A stretch of DNA of 64,000 nucleotides, taken from positions 1,600,001-1,664,000 of the forward strand of contig CAWFSF010000006.1 in the NCBI GenBank assembly GCA_963818475.1. The letters are read 5' to 3'. This DNA is from Nitrospirota bacterium. GTDB lineage: Bacteria; Nitrospirota; UBA9217. Below the pieces are notes generated by a model that worked only from the letters and a program-made list of their open reading frames with translations, was not told where the DNA came from and made no database searches. Of the stretch, positions 21,772 to 32,300 are shown piece after piece; the stretch's first letter is position 1, and each line of letters starts with the position of its first letter. The position numbers were made by a program, and so were the translations under genes.

Positions 21772-22476
21772 TTACTGCACGAGCGGCAGCAGAACGATCT
21801 CGATCCTGCGGTTCTTATGCTTGCCGTCGTCCGTATCGTTCGGCGCGACCGGCTGGTATTCCGAGTATCCCGTGGCGGACAACAATTTGGCGTCGAGGCC
21901 GCCCTGTTCCTGGAGATAGCGGACAACTTCGGTCGCCCGGGCCGTTGAAAGCTCCCAGTTCGTGGGGAACCGTTTTTTAAGCGCGCTCACGATCGGCACA
22001 TTATCGGTGTGCCCCTCGACCTGGATGCGTTTGTCTTTAATGTCTTTCAGGATGCTGACGACCTTGTCCAGCACCAGCTTCCCGTCCTTGCTGATGTCGG
22101 TGCTGCCCGAGGGGAAGATGATCTTATCCACCATGGTCATGGTCAGACGGTTCTTCATCTCGGTGAGCTGGACCTTCCCCTCCTGGATCTCCTTTTCGAG
22201 CTTCTTCTGCAGGTCCTGATAGGTCTGGGTCGCCCGTTCAAGCTGTTCAGCCTTTTCTGCTTTCTGCGACAGGAGGTCCCGTTCTTTTTCGACTGCCGCC
22301 TTGTCCGTTTTGAGCGCATCCACCTCGGCGGTCAGGTTCTTGACCTGGCCCTGAAGATTATCGCTCAATGCGGCGAGCGTGTCTGCTTCCTTGGCTTTTG
22401 TATCGAATGCAGCCTGCGAAACGCAACCGGTGAGCAACAGGAAGGCAACGAACGGAAAAACATGAATCTTTCTCAT
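21772..22476 (-). CDS. OmpA/MotB-family lipoprotein with coiled coil
   Basis: Lipobox LLTGC; VEGHTD, NWELSTARA, NRRIEI; upstream TTGACA-17-TATTAT (22557-22529). Confidence 0.9.
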   Translation of the reverse strand: MRKIHVFPFVAFLLLTGCVSQAAFDTKAKEADTLAALSDNLQGQVKNLTAEVDALKTDKAAVEKERDLLSQKAEKAEQLERATQTYQDLQKKLEKEIQEGKVQLTEMKNRLTMTMVDKIIFPSGSTDISKDGKLVLDKVVSILKDIKDKRIQVEGHTDNVPIVSALKKRFPTNWELSTARATEVVRYLQEQGGLDAKLLSATGYSEYQPVAPNDTDDGKHKNRRIEIVLLPLVQ

Positions 22477-22580
22477 TATTTCCTCCTTTAGAATATGACG
22501 CATGTCCAGGCGATAAAAAAGCATCGTTATAATAACTTCAGCAGGGTTTATTGTCAAGAATATTGTGGCGCGAAAAGGAC

Positions 22581-23171
22581 TTATAGCGCCTCAAAACACG
22601 GAATGCAGAAGGATTTCCCGCCTTTTTCGCGGCTGCGGGATTCCATGACCTTCTCGTTGCACCGGGCGCAGCGCAGAGAGGCGCGAATGGTCGCTTTGGG
22701 GGGAGTGAGTGCAGCTGCCGGCTGGATGGCCAGGAACTCCTGTTCAGCAGCGCTGAGAATGGCGGCGGCCTTCTCCATTTTCAGCTGCTGCAGCTCGCGG
22801 GACACCTCTTCCCCCGCCTGCTGACGTTTCACGAGCTCCCCGAACCGGCTATCGTCTTCAAAGCCCCGGTAGTCCTCGGAGATGCGCACACCCTGTCCGG
22901 TCCTGCGATTAAAAAAGGTATAAACGTGCTTGCCGTAGTCCCGGAAAACAAGGTTTCCCTTGCCGAAGGTGCAGCCCGTTATGTACTGGATCGCGTCAAC
23001 AGCGCAGGAGTCGTTCTCGACGACTGCCACGAGCTCTTCGTCGTGCGGCCGATCGGCCTTAAGTTCCCGGAGCGCTGCCTTTGCCACGCGATAGCCCAGC
23101 GCAAGGCCCGGGCAGAGGTGGCCGTGGAACTGTACCGTGTCACGGAGATCAGCATCGAAATTATTCTGCAT
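22581..23171 (-). CDS. FmdE-family protein with C-terminal zinc finger
   Basis: FHGHLCPGLALG, ENDSCAVDAIQ..TGCTFGKGN, CARC...CIPC. Confidence 0.9.
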   Translation of the reverse strand: MQNNFDADLRDTVQFHGHLCPGLALGYRVAKAALRELKADRPHDEELVAVVENDSCAVDAIQYITGCTFGKGNLVFRDYGKHVYTFFNRRTGQGVRISEDYRGFEDDSRFGELVKRQQAGEEVSRELQQLKMEKAAAILSAAEQEFLAIQPAAALTPPKATIRASLRCARCNEKVMESRSREKGGKSFCIPCFEAL

Positions 23172-23227
23172 AAGAACCTCTCTTTTCCATAATTGCAGGT
23201 TACAGTGACAGGATTAAGCACTTTCTC

Positions 23228-23262
23228 AATCCGCAATCCGAAATCCGCAATCCGAAATCGAA
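23228..23262. repeat. Family B heptamer array (single arm)
   Basis: aatccgc aatccga aatccgc aatccga aatcg directly after the stop of the His-rich gene. Confidence 0.75.
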
Positions 23263-23547
23263 TTATTTTTTCAACACCAGCTTCGCCGCCAGGACCGCTT
23301 TGGCCCGTTTCAGATGTGCTTTGATCGACTCACTGTCATCAATGGCAAGATGAATTTCTCTCGCGACTTCCTCTTCGCCGGCCGAAACCGCCCGGGCAGC
23401 CCACTCCCTGTAGCTTTCCGCATGGCTGTCGCTGTGTTCGACCCAATGCTCAAGCATTGCCTGCAGCTTGCGCAGGGATTCCGTTCCGGCGTCCGGATGT
23501 TCATGGGCATGATCGTGTGCGTGATGGTGTTTGTGGTTGTCGTGCAT
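23263..23547 (-). CDS. Small His-rich putative nickel-binding protein
   Basis: MHDNHKHHHAHDHAHEH N-terminus plus LEHWVEHSDSH..Y..W helix; directly downstream of nikR. Confidence 0.75.
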   Translation of the reverse strand: MHDNHKHHHAHDHAHEHPDAGTESLRKLQAMLEHWVEHSDSHAESYREWAARAVSAGEEEVAREIHLAIDDSESIKAHLKRAKAVLAAKLVLKK

Positions 23548-23568
23548 GGTCCCTCCGTAAATGGCCGG

Positions 23569-23988
23569 CTACACCAGCTCTTTCCCGGTCGTCGTCATGG
23601 TCAATTTCCCATGCTTGACCCCCCGGGTGCCGATGAGCCTGTCCGCGATCTTTCTGATCTCACGGCTTTTCCCCTTCACCACCAGCACCTCCAGGCAGTT
23701 ATGGGCGTCAAGATGGACGTGGAGCGCCGAGATGATCTGATGAAAGGATTTGTGCTGCATGTCCGTAAGGGCATGCTCCAGTTCCCGGGTATGATGATTG
23801 TAGACAATGGTGATGGTGCCGACCGTGTCCTCATCGCCGCCCTCCCATTCCTCATCGACCAGCCGGTCGCGGATCAGATCGCGGATGGCCTCGGAGCGGT
23901 TTTTGTATCCTTTGCGGGAAATAAGCGTGTCATATTTTTTCATGAGCTGGCCGTCGATCGAAACGCCGAACCGTACGAGGTCTGACAT
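23569..23988 (-). CDS. nikR: Nickel-responsive regulator NikR
   Basis: [34 protein letters not shown]. Confidence 0.97.
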   Translation of the reverse strand: MSDLVRFGVSIDGQLMKKYDTLISRKGYKNRSEAIRDLIRDRLVDEEWEGGDEDTVGTITIVYNHHTRELEHALTDMQHKSFHQIISALHVHLDAHNCLEVLVVKGKSREIRKIADRLIGTRGVKHGKLTMTTTGKELV

Positions 23989-24077
23989 GGGCTCTCCTTT
24001 GGAGCAGCAGATGGACACTGTAAAGCTATCAGGGATGGTTTGTCAATATATTCAACGGCCAGACAAACGTCTTTTTC

Positions 24078-24258
24078 ACCACGGAGGCACGGAGACACGG
24101 AGGAAACCTGTAAACCATGGGAAGTGAAGATCCATACAAGTACCATGATCTTTATCGATTGTAATTCGCTTAGTCGTATCCTGCCTCTTCATAGCCGTTC
24201 TCCGCCTTGATCCGTGTCAATGGTTTTGATCTTCTCCGTGTCACCGTGACTCCGTGGT
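24078..24258. repeat. Palindromic intergenic element, family C (ACCACGGAG-GCACGGAG-ACACGGAG ... CTCCGTG)
   Basis: 25-bp arms are near-perfect reverse complements; related copy at 47632-47710. Confidence 0.8.
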
Positions 24259-24265
24259 AAAACTT

Positions 24266-25000
24266 TTAGCAGCGCTGCAGCGAAAGCGGCAGTTCAAGGT
24301 TATTTTCTTCCATGAGCGTTTTATCGGAGAGGATAGTCTTCGACGGGCCGTCGGCCACAACGATGCCGTCCCTGATCACGATGCAGCGGGCGCAGACATC
24401 GAGGATAAGGTCGAGGTCGTGCGAGGCAATGATCTTCGTATGGACAAAGGTCTTGAGCATGGTGATGAGCGATCGTCGGGACCTGGGGTCGAGGTAGGCC
24501 GCAGGCTCGTCCATCACCAGGATGTCGGGTTCCATGGCAATGACCGATGCGATGGCCACGGCGCTCTTCTGCCCGCCGGAAAGGTGGTGAGGCGGTTTGT
24601 CCCTGAGGTCCAGGCAATTGACCGTGCGCAAGGCCTCGTGAACGCGTTCCCGGACGCACTCGGGGCTCATGCCCAGGTTAAGCGGCCCAAAGGAGACGTC
24701 ATCGAAAACGGTCGGCATGAAAAGCTGGTCATCGGGGTTTTGGAACACGATGCCGACCTTCCTGCGGACCTCCTGTCGCGTAGACTTCTGCAGCTCGATA
24801 TCGCCGATCGTTACAGTCCCCTTCGACGGCAGGAAATAACCGTTCATGTGCAGCAGGAGCGTTGACTTGCCCGAGCCGTTGGCGCCCACGATGCCGACCG
24901 ACTCTCCGTGCGTGATCCGGAACGAAATGCCTTTCAGCGCCTCGGTGCCGTCGGGATAATGGAACAGCACATCCTTGAACTCGACAAAATGGTGGCTCAT
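24266..25000 (-). CDS. nikO: ECF transporter ATPase (NikO/CbiO)
   Basis: [28 protein letters not shown]. Confidence 0.9.
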   Translation of the reverse strand: MSHHFVEFKDVLFHYPDGTEALKGISFRITHGESVGIVGANGSGKSTLLLHMNGYFLPSKGTVTIGDIELQKSTRQEVRRKVGIVFQNPDDQLFMPTVFDDVSFGPLNLGMSPECVRERVHEALRTVNCLDLRDKPPHHLSGGQKSAVAIASVIAMEPDILVMDEPAAYLDPRSRRSLITMLKTFVHTKIIASHDLDLILDVCARCIVIRDGIVVADGPSKTILSDKTLMEENNLELPLSLQRC

Positions 25001-25806
25001 CGCAGGACCTCCTGAACAAAACTTCCGAGCATGTCGGTAACCGGGAAAAGGCGAAACACGGCCAGTAACACAATCGTCAGGGAGATATACAAACCGTCGT
25101 TGGAACGGAAACGATACTCCTTCAGCGAAGGCATGTCGCCGCTAAAGCCCCGGGAGAGCATGGCGCTGTAGATCCGCTCCGCGCGCTCCACGGTCCTGAG
25201 AAAAAGGACACCGATCAGCCGGGCAACGACCTTCATGCTGCTGCCGCGGCTGCCGAAGGACCGCATGTCCCGCGCCCGGACAAGCCTCATTGCTTCTTCT
25301 ATCAGCACGAAAAGGTAACGATAGAGAAAGAGCAGTTGCGATACGAACACCGCGGGCACGCCGAGCCTGCGGAGCGCATGGCAGATGCCGGGAAAGGAGG
25401 TGGTTGCGATCAAAAGGAGCGCCGCGCTTACGGTAAGCGTGAACTTTATGAGGATCGTAAAAAAGGACAGCCAGCCCGCGGACAGCGGGACCCCTGCAAT
25501 GATCGCAACAGTCTTGGTGTCCAGGATCGGATTGAAAATACCGATAAAGACAGCAAAGGGCGAGACGATCACGATCTTTTTCAGCAAAAATCCGACGGGA
25601 AGGTCTCCCAGCGTAACCATCAGCACCGGGAACAGAAAGAACGGGATGAGGCCTGCGATCTCGTATTTGGAGAATGAGATGACCGTAAAAAGAAACAAGA
25701 GAGTGCTGACGACCTTCACGCGCGGGTCCAGCCGGTGGATGACTGTGTTCTGATAGGAGAGCCGGTCAAGCCGGCCGATGTTGAAATATTCTTCGTCAAA
25801 GCTCAT
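24997..25806 (-). CDS. nikQ: ECF transporter T component (NikQ/CbiQ)
   Basis: HRLDPRVK, YRY, ARDMRS, AMLSRGF. Confidence 0.9.
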   Translation of the reverse strand: MSFDEEYFNIGRLDRLSYQNTVIHRLDPRVKVVSTLLFLFTVISFSKYEIAGLIPFFLFPVLMVTLGDLPVGFLLKKIVIVSPFAVFIGIFNPILDTKTVAIIAGVPLSAGWLSFFTILIKFTLTVSAALLLIATTSFPGICHALRRLGVPAVFVSQLLFLYRYLFVLIEEAMRLVRARDMRSFGSRGSSMKVVARLIGVLFLRTVERAERIYSAMLSRGFSGDMPSLKEYRFRSNDGLYISLTIVLLAVFRLFPVTDMLGSFVQEVLR

Positions 25807-25894
25807 GGTTTATCGCCGCCGGTGACATACTGAATTTATCGCCTCAAAACAGAAACAACATGATCGAGAACCACCACCCCAACCCTTACCATCT

Positions 25895-25977
25895 CCCCTC
25901 ACCCCAGCCCTCTCCCGCGGAGGGGAGAGGGAGCACGTCGTAGCCCCTCCCTCGATGGGAGGGGTTGGGGAGGGTGA
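25895..25977. repeat. REP-like palindromic element, family D (CCCTCACCCCAGCCCTCTCCC-N6-GGGAGAGGG ... GGGGAGGGTG)
   Basis: Two nested GC hairpins; its left half recurs inside a CDS at 40745-40783. Confidence 0.8.
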
Positions 25978-26009
25978 TGGTCAGGCAACCGAATAAACAT
26001 CAATTTTCA

Positions 26010-26142
26010 GTAACTACTCAGGTCAAAACCATTAGCCGCGAAAGATCGCATAGAACGCAGAGAGCTTTTAAAGCTGAAACCCAAGAACTGGCGCTTTTCT
26101 TTGAGTTCTCTGCGCTCTTTTGTGGCAAACCTGAGCAGTTAC
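26010..26142. mobile_element. 133-bp MITE-like element
   Basis: Terminal inverted repeats GTAACTACTCAGGT / ACCTGAGCAGTTAC (13/14); flanks AATTTTCA / AATTTTTA resemble an 8-bp target duplication. Confidence 0.6.
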
Positions 26143-26224
26143 AATTTTTATTCCCCTTTGCACTGTAGTTCCTGGACGATTCAGACCGTTAGTAACACAA
26201 CTGGAGATCCGCTGACGTAGACGT

Positions 26225-27264
26225 TCAGGGATGCCTGCGCCTGACCGTTCTGATTCCCATGCCGATCAGCAGGATAAGGCCGAGCACCAGGATTGCTCCG
26301 ACAATTCCCGCCACAGACGTTCCGGTCTCGATGCCGGGCCATGACGGAGCGTTCTCCTTCGGCTTTACCGCATCAGCATCAGGCTTGATGTCATAATCAG
26401 GCATGAGAGCGGTCTTTTCCTGGATGTCCTTCAGTGCCTTCGGCAGCCCTTGCTCCTGCTCGGCCGGTTCTGTCTTGCCAATGATCTTGCTGATGGACCA
26501 CTCAAGCCCGTCCGGACGGGTCGAGGCGAACCACGAAAGCAGCCCCGCCGGTGATGACGGTAAGAACCACAAAACCGACCACAATGTTCTTCAAGGAAAC
26601 CGATGCTCCAGGTTGCAACGGGGCGGCGCTTCCTAATAGCTCCGGCCGCGTCGAGCGGACATAGCTGACCACCCCTGCGGTCACGAAGCCCTCAACAATG
26701 CCGATGGCAAGATGGAGCGGCTGCATAAGAAGCAGAAAAGCGCCGAACGGCAGTTCGCTCTTGCCGGACAGGGCAGTCTCCATGACCACGGAAAAAGCGC
26801 CGAGTTGAAGCGCAGCGACAGCGCTCACCAGCGATGCGAAAAGTATCCGCCGCGAACTTTGACCGTTTCCCGCCAGTCGGTTTATAGATCAAGGGATAGG
26901 CGAAAAAGCACGGATAGATCCCCAGGTTCCAGATATTGCAGCCGAGCGCGAGCAGACCTCCGTCGGCAAAGAACAGCGCCTGCACCGTCAGGACCGAGGC
27001 CATGGCGAGAAAAGCAGCGTAAGGGCCGAGAATTATGGCGAGGATCATGCCGCCGCCGATGTGGCCGCTCGAACCGGTGCCGGGGATCGTGAAATTGATC
27101 ATCTGGGACGCAAAAATAAAAGCGCCCATCACCCCCATGAGCGGGATCATTTTGTCATCTATGTTCTCTTTCAGTTTCTTTGACGCGCAGCCGATCGCCG
27201 CAAGCGTTCCAGCCCAAAACGTCGCGCCCACGGCCGGGGACAACAAAGCATCTGCCATGTGCAT
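26225..27264 (-). CDS. nikM: ECF S component NikM/CbiM fused to a PDGLE (NikN) domain (two frameshifts)
   Basis: N-terminal MHMAD metal-binding motif, FIFASQMINF..GSSGH..G, AS.RPDGLE. Confidence 0.9.
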
Positions 27265-27333
27265 GATAATTTCTCCTGGTTCCCTGTTCACCTGAAACGG
27301 GAGCCATAAACACAGTACATTATCCGACCACCA

Positions 27334-27379
27334 GTGCTACGATTATTAATTAAATAACACACACAGTGAACATTGTCAA
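27334..27379 (-). promoter_or_regulatory. nikM promoter with overlapping NikR operator
   Basis: TTGACA (27379-27374), 17 bp, TATTTA (27356-27351); palindrome GTGCTAC-N13-ATAACAC (27334-27360) covers the -10 and start region. Confidence 0.75.
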
Positions 27380-27579
27380 CTTTCTTTTGGCTTGGGATAT
27401 GCGCGTAAAAAGGCGTATTTGCGGGAGGAAGGAACTGCCGGGTCAAGCGGAAACAATAAGCCCATGAAAATGGAATCATCTTGACAAAAAGAACATGGTT
27501 TGATACCCTGAATCACTGTTTCAGCGCAAACAGGGCATTCAATTTTTCCTTGTACTACTACGATCTAAGGAGGCTTCAC

Positions 27580-28329
27580 ATGAAAAAGATCATTCTTGCA
27601 GTTCTGTTGGTGTTCGTCATGGCAGTCCCTGCAATGGCAAAGACAACCATCAATATCGACACTTTGAGCCAGGCTGAATTCAAGTCGTTCAGCGAAGATT
27701 TCGGCATGGCCTTCAGCTACCAGCCCGTGTCCCCTGCCGCCCCGCTGGGAGACAAACTGCCCGGCTTCGACGCAGGCGTGGAAGTTTCCTACGTCAAGCT
27801 CGACAAGGGCGCATCCTACTTCCAGAAGATGGATACCTTAGCCGGCAATGGCGAGCTTCCCAACGCGCTGGTCATTCCCCGCATTCATGTCCAGATCGGA
27901 CTTCCGATCATCCCCATCGATCTCGGCGTCAGCTATGTAAGCATCCCGAGCAGCGACATGAAACTGACCGGCTACGAAATAAAATATGCAGTGCTTGAGG
28001 GCGGGCTTGCCATGCCGGCAGTCGCGATCCGCGGAGCCTATACCAAGCTCTCCGGTGTGGATGTGCTCGATCTTTCCACGAAATCGCTCGACATTTCCAT
28101 CAGCAAAGGCATCCTGATCTTCACGCCCTATGCCGGTGTGGGCCAGGTCTGGATCACGAGCGAACCGCACAGCCCGACCTCCTCGCTTCCGCTCGAGAAG
28201 GAAGATATTACCAAGACAAAGGTCTTTGTCGGCACGAAGATGAAGATCTTCCCCTTTGTCAATCTTGTCGTGGAAGGCGCCTTCTCGAACATAAAGGAAT
28301 ATACGGCTCGGCTGAATGTCAACTTCTAA
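27580..28329 (+). CDS. Outer-membrane beta-barrel protein of unknown function
   Basis: SD AAGGAGG, signal peptide ending AMA, amphipathic strands, C-terminal Phe; upstream TTGACA-17-TACCCT at 27481. Confidence 0.75.
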   Translation: MKKIILAVLLVFVMAVPAMAKTTINIDTLSQAEFKSFSEDFGMAFSYQPVSPAAPLGDKLPGFDAGVEVSYVKLDKGASYFQKMDTLAGNGELPNALVIPRIHVQIGLPIIPIDLGVSYVSIPSSDMKLTGYEIKYAVLEGGLAMPAVAIRGAYTKLSGVDVLDLSTKSLDISISKGILIFTPYAGVGQVWITSEPHSPTSSLPLEKEDITKTKVFVGTKMKIFPFVNLVVEGAFSNIKEYTARLNVNF

Positions 28330-28357
28330 CAAGAAGCCTATCATATAACAGAACGAG

Positions 28358-28393
28358 CAAAGCCTCCGGTTTATTGGACCGGAGGCTTTTTTT
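28358..28393 (+). terminator. Intrinsic terminator
   Basis: AAAGCCTCCGGT-ttattgg-ACCGGAGGCTTTTTTT. Confidence 0.85.
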
Positions 28394-28408
28394 GCGCCTA
28401 AAAGCGTT

Positions 28409-28437
28409 TTGACAACCCACACCCCCCATGTTATATT
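28409..28437 (+). promoter_or_regulatory. Sigma70 promoter of fdhD (predicted leaderless mRNA)
   Basis: TTGACA-17-TATATT with extended TG; the GTG start lies 7 nt after the -10. Confidence 0.7.
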
Positions 28438-28443
28438 CCCCTC

Positions 28444-29229
28444 GTGGATACCAGGCGCGAAGCATTGATCTTAAAGGTAACAGGCACCGCTGTCGAGGGG
28501 GTAATTGACGAGGTTGCGTCGGAGCTCCCGGTCAAGCTCGTGCTGAACAACGAGCAGTTCGTGACGCTCCTCTGCACCCCTGCCGAGCTCGAAGAGCTCG
28601 CTGTCGGCTTTCTCCTGTCGGAAGGCCTGCTCCGGAACAGGTCTGCGATCAAAAAGATCGAGATCCTCGAACAGGAAGCCACGGTCCGCATTGAGCTCGC
28701 CGATCTTCCCGCCGACCTCGGCGCGCTGTTTGCCACGCGGACCATCTCATCGGGATGCGGCAAAGGCATCACCTTTACGAGTTTCCGCACCGAAGCGGAC
28801 CGTCGCATACCGTTTACGGGCAAGGTCATGAGCCTGGGAGATATCAGACGGCTGCTCTCGACCTTCAGGAACATATCGGCGCTGTATCTCGAAACCGGCG
28901 GGGTTCACAGCGCCGCGCTCTCCGACGGCAAAGACATCCTGTTCTTCTCGGAAGACATCGGCAGGCACAACGCCGTGGACAAGCTCATCGGAAAAGCATT
29001 TTTACAATCCGTTCCCATAGAGGACAAGGTGCTGCTCACCAGCGGCCGCGTAACATCGGAGATCATGACCAAGGCGGCCAGGAACCGTTTCCCCGTCCTG
29101 ATCAGCCGCGCCGCGCCTTCCTGCATGGCCATAAGTTATGCCGAGGATATGGGCATCACGCTCATCGGCTTCGCCCGGGGTGAGCGCATGAACATCTACA
29201 CCTGGCCGAACAGGATCACGATGGAGTGA
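28444..29229 (+). CDS. fdhD: Formate dehydrogenase accessory sulfurtransferase
   Basis: LAVGFL.SEG, SSGCG, TGGVHSAAL, EDIGRHNAVDK, SGR. Confidence 0.95.
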   Translation: MDTRREALILKVTGTAVEGVIDEVASELPVKLVLNNEQFVTLLCTPAELEELAVGFLLSEGLLRNRSAIKKIEILEQEATVRIELADLPADLGALFATRTISSGCGKGITFTSFRTEADRRIPFTGKVMSLGDIRRLLSTFRNISALYLETGGVHSAALSDGKDILFFSEDIGRHNAVDKLIGKAFLQSVPIEDKVLLTSGRVTSEIMTKAARNRFPVLISRAAPSCMAISYAEDMGITLIGFARGERMNIYTWPNRITME

Positions 29230-29260
29230 CAGAAAGCGTTTTTACGTAAGAGTAAGCACC

Positions 29261-29298
29261 ATAAAAAGGCCCTCCGGGAAAACCGGAGGGCCTTTGCT
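29261..29298. terminator. Bidirectional terminator; member of a repeated hairpin family
   Basis: ATAAAAAGGCCCTCCGG-gaaaa-CCGGAGGGCCTTTGCT between convergent genes; similar copies at 41903 and 42902. Confidence 0.85.
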
Positions 29299-29392
29299 GT
29301 TTGTAGATGCGGGTTTCCTCACCTTCGAGGGGAGGATTAAGGTGGATGGGTTGCTAATGATAATCTGGCAATGGAGAAGTAATACTTCGCTC

Positions 29393-32300
29393 CTAATGGA
29401 TCACCCTGATGAAGTCCACGCCTTCGAACGTCGCACTCCCTATCCTGCCGGTCACGTGGACAGGCACCTGGTCGCCGTCCGGAAGGATTGCGATCATTGA
29501 GCTTCGATCGAACTTCACCTTGAGCACGTCATGATCATGCTCCGCGCGGTCTTGATCGCACCCGTGATCGTAGTGATGATAGCTGTGATCATAAGGCCGC
29601 GTCTCGGCAGGGACGACACCTTCAAGCCTGATCGAGGATAGGTCCACGTCCAATGCCCGGTATCCATGGGGTAGTTCCATCTCTACCATGACCCAGTTGC
29701 CGTTGCTCTTTTTATTGAGCGTCTCGGGCTCCACCTCGATATCGACATTGATGCCGGTCTGAGGCACATGGACCGTAAAGGACGCGTTGTTCATCCAGGG
29801 GCCGTACCGGTCGCCGTCAAAGGCCCGCGCCCGCCACTGGTAAGCAGTGTTATCTGAGAGCGGCGCGGCAAGCGTCATGGTCGTGATACCGGCGCCGCCC
29901 TGGGGCACGCCGGAGAGGGACTGGATAAGCGCCATGCCGCTGTAGATCTCGACGTCGTACGTGAGGTTGTCGCTGTCGGGATCAACAGCGTTCGTTACTG
30001 CAAGGAGCGGGTTAAGCGTCGCAACGGTGCTTCCCTCCGCCGGAGAAGACAGGACCGGCGCGCCCGGCGCGTCGTTCGCGGTGTTCACGAAGAACGAGGA
30101 CGCGTCCGACCAGCCGCTTGCAATAGCGCCGTCAAAGGCACGAGCCCGCCAGTAATAAGTGCCGTTCTCTGAAAGCGCCACCGGAACGGTCCAGGTCGTA
30201 TTGCCCGGCGTTTCGGCAAGGACCCCGGAACTCGCTGCCAGGGTTGACAGTCCCGCATCTCCATAGACCTCGAACTCATAGGTCAGGACGTCCCTGTCGG
30301 GATCAGTCGAATTCCAAACTGACAGCACGGGGTTGGACACCGTCACGCCGGAACCGTTCGAAGGATTGGCCGGAACAGGACCGCTTGGAGCGTCGTTCGC
30401 GGTATTTACGAAGATGCTGATAATCTGCGACCACGCGCTCTCGGCCGCTCCGTCGCTCACTTTCGCGCGAACAAAGTATTGCGTATTTTCCTGCAGCCCT
30501 TCCGCGTGCCAGGAAGTGGTTCCCTGTCCTTCCGCGATGCCTCCGGAACGGAAGATCTCTGCGCTGTCGAAGGTCAGGACCGTGTCGATCTCGAAGAAAT
30601 AGGTCAGGACAGCTGAATCAGGATCAGCGCTGTTCCTAACGACCACATCGGCGGCAAGAGACGCTGCCGTGCTGTTGTCCAGAGGCGCGGTGATCAGCGG
30701 CGAACTCGGCGCATCATTTTCCGTGTTCACGAAGAATCTGCCCGTTGTCGACCACGGTCCCTCGATCTGTTGGTCATCGGCCTGTGACCGCCAGAAGTAC
30801 CAGGCATTTTCCTGGAGGTTTACCGGGACCTGCCAGGACGTCGTACCCTCGCCACCTGCAACCTTTTTCATGGTCGCGGTGATCTGTGCAAAATCGGGAT
30901 CGAGGGCCAGGTCGAAATTATAGGTAAGGACCGGGCTGTCCGGATCAGCGGCGTTCGTGACCGCGAGCACCGGGGCAAGCGTGTCTACCCAGGTGCCGTC
31001 AGCCGGACTGGTCAACGTCGGCGCCGAGGGCGGATCGTTCGCGGTGTTCACCCGGAACGATGCTGCCGCCATCCACGGGCCGTACAGCTTTTCGTCATAG
31101 GCCCTGGCCCTCCAGAAATACGTGCTGTTTTCCTGCATATCGGCCGGCACGACCCAGGCGGTCGTCCCGGTCTGCTCAGCAGATCGGTCCGGACGAAGCG
31201 ACCAGGTGCGCAAGCCCACCGTCTGCGTATACTTCGAACTCATAGGTGATCCGGTCGTCGTTCGGGTCCGCAGCATTGCTGATCGTGAGGAACGGTGTGA
31301 ATGTGTCCACATCAGAGCCGGCGCCGGGCGAGAAGAGCGCCGGGACGGTGGGCGCGCCTTCAACTCTGAAATATGTTGCTGCAAGCGTTTCTTCGATGCC
31401 GTTGATATGCGCCCGGAGAACGACGAGATAGTCCTTGGCACTGTAGGCCGTGGTATCGATCGTTCCGCTCCCTGAATAGGCGGCACCGATGGACAACGTC
31501 GCCTGGGACGAGAGGGCATCGTACACGGTCTGGTTGACGGCATGGACGGTCTGGACGGAAAGCGATATATCCTGCAAGTCGACATTTCCGATGTTCGTCA
31601 CTGAATAAGAGACGTTCACGGGCTCGCCGGCCATGAGGCTCTGCTTGTCCACGGACACCTGACCCCGGAGTGCGGACTTGGGCGTTACGAAATTGCTGAT
31701 CACGAGGTTCTGCGCGCCTGTGGCGATGATCGATCCTGTCGCATCTTTCACTTCAAGCGTGACGGGATAGGTCCCCGGGGCGTATGCGGCGGTGTTCCAG
31801 AATGCCTTGAACGTGAATGACGCGCCGGGCATGAGGGTTGTGATGGTCTTTGTTTCCGAATAGAGTGCGCTTCCCTCCCCTGACCCTTGATCCATGGCCT
31901 TTGCGATTGTTATTTTCGCCGTCAGGTTTTCGTGAACACCCTCTCCGCTTTGGCTCGTGATGACGGACGTTATCGTTGCCTGTTCGTTTGCGTTGTAGGA
32001 TATTTTGTCCGTGACAAGAGCAACGCTGATGCTTGCGTCGAGGCTTCCGCTGTATGCCACGGTTTTCGTTATCGTCTGGTTTAAATCGCCGGTGCAGGTC
32101 GCGGTGTACGTCATAGCGCTGGTTATCTGCTGCGAGTACTGGAACAGCTTTGTTTCTCCGGGAAGCACGATGATTTGCTCTGATGTATCAATATTCGCGC
32201 TCCGCACTCCGCATTCCGCGCTCGCTTCTGTTTTGCCGGTGTTCGTAAGCGTCAGGGTCACGGTAAACGGATCGTTCCCGGCCGTATCAGGCGCGGTGAG

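Noticed and set aside
21612-21772. FMN riboswitch ahead of the rib genes
   Set aside because: The spacer is filled by the family A repeat; no RFN motifs recognised
27265-27480. Cobalamin riboswitch ahead of the CbiM-like gene
   Set aside because: No B12-box recognised, the predicted leader is short, and a NikR-type operator explains the region
28345-28393. GCAAAGCCTCCGG resembling part of a c-di-GMP-I riboswitch
   Set aside because: The rest of the aptamer is absent; the sequence is one arm of a terminator
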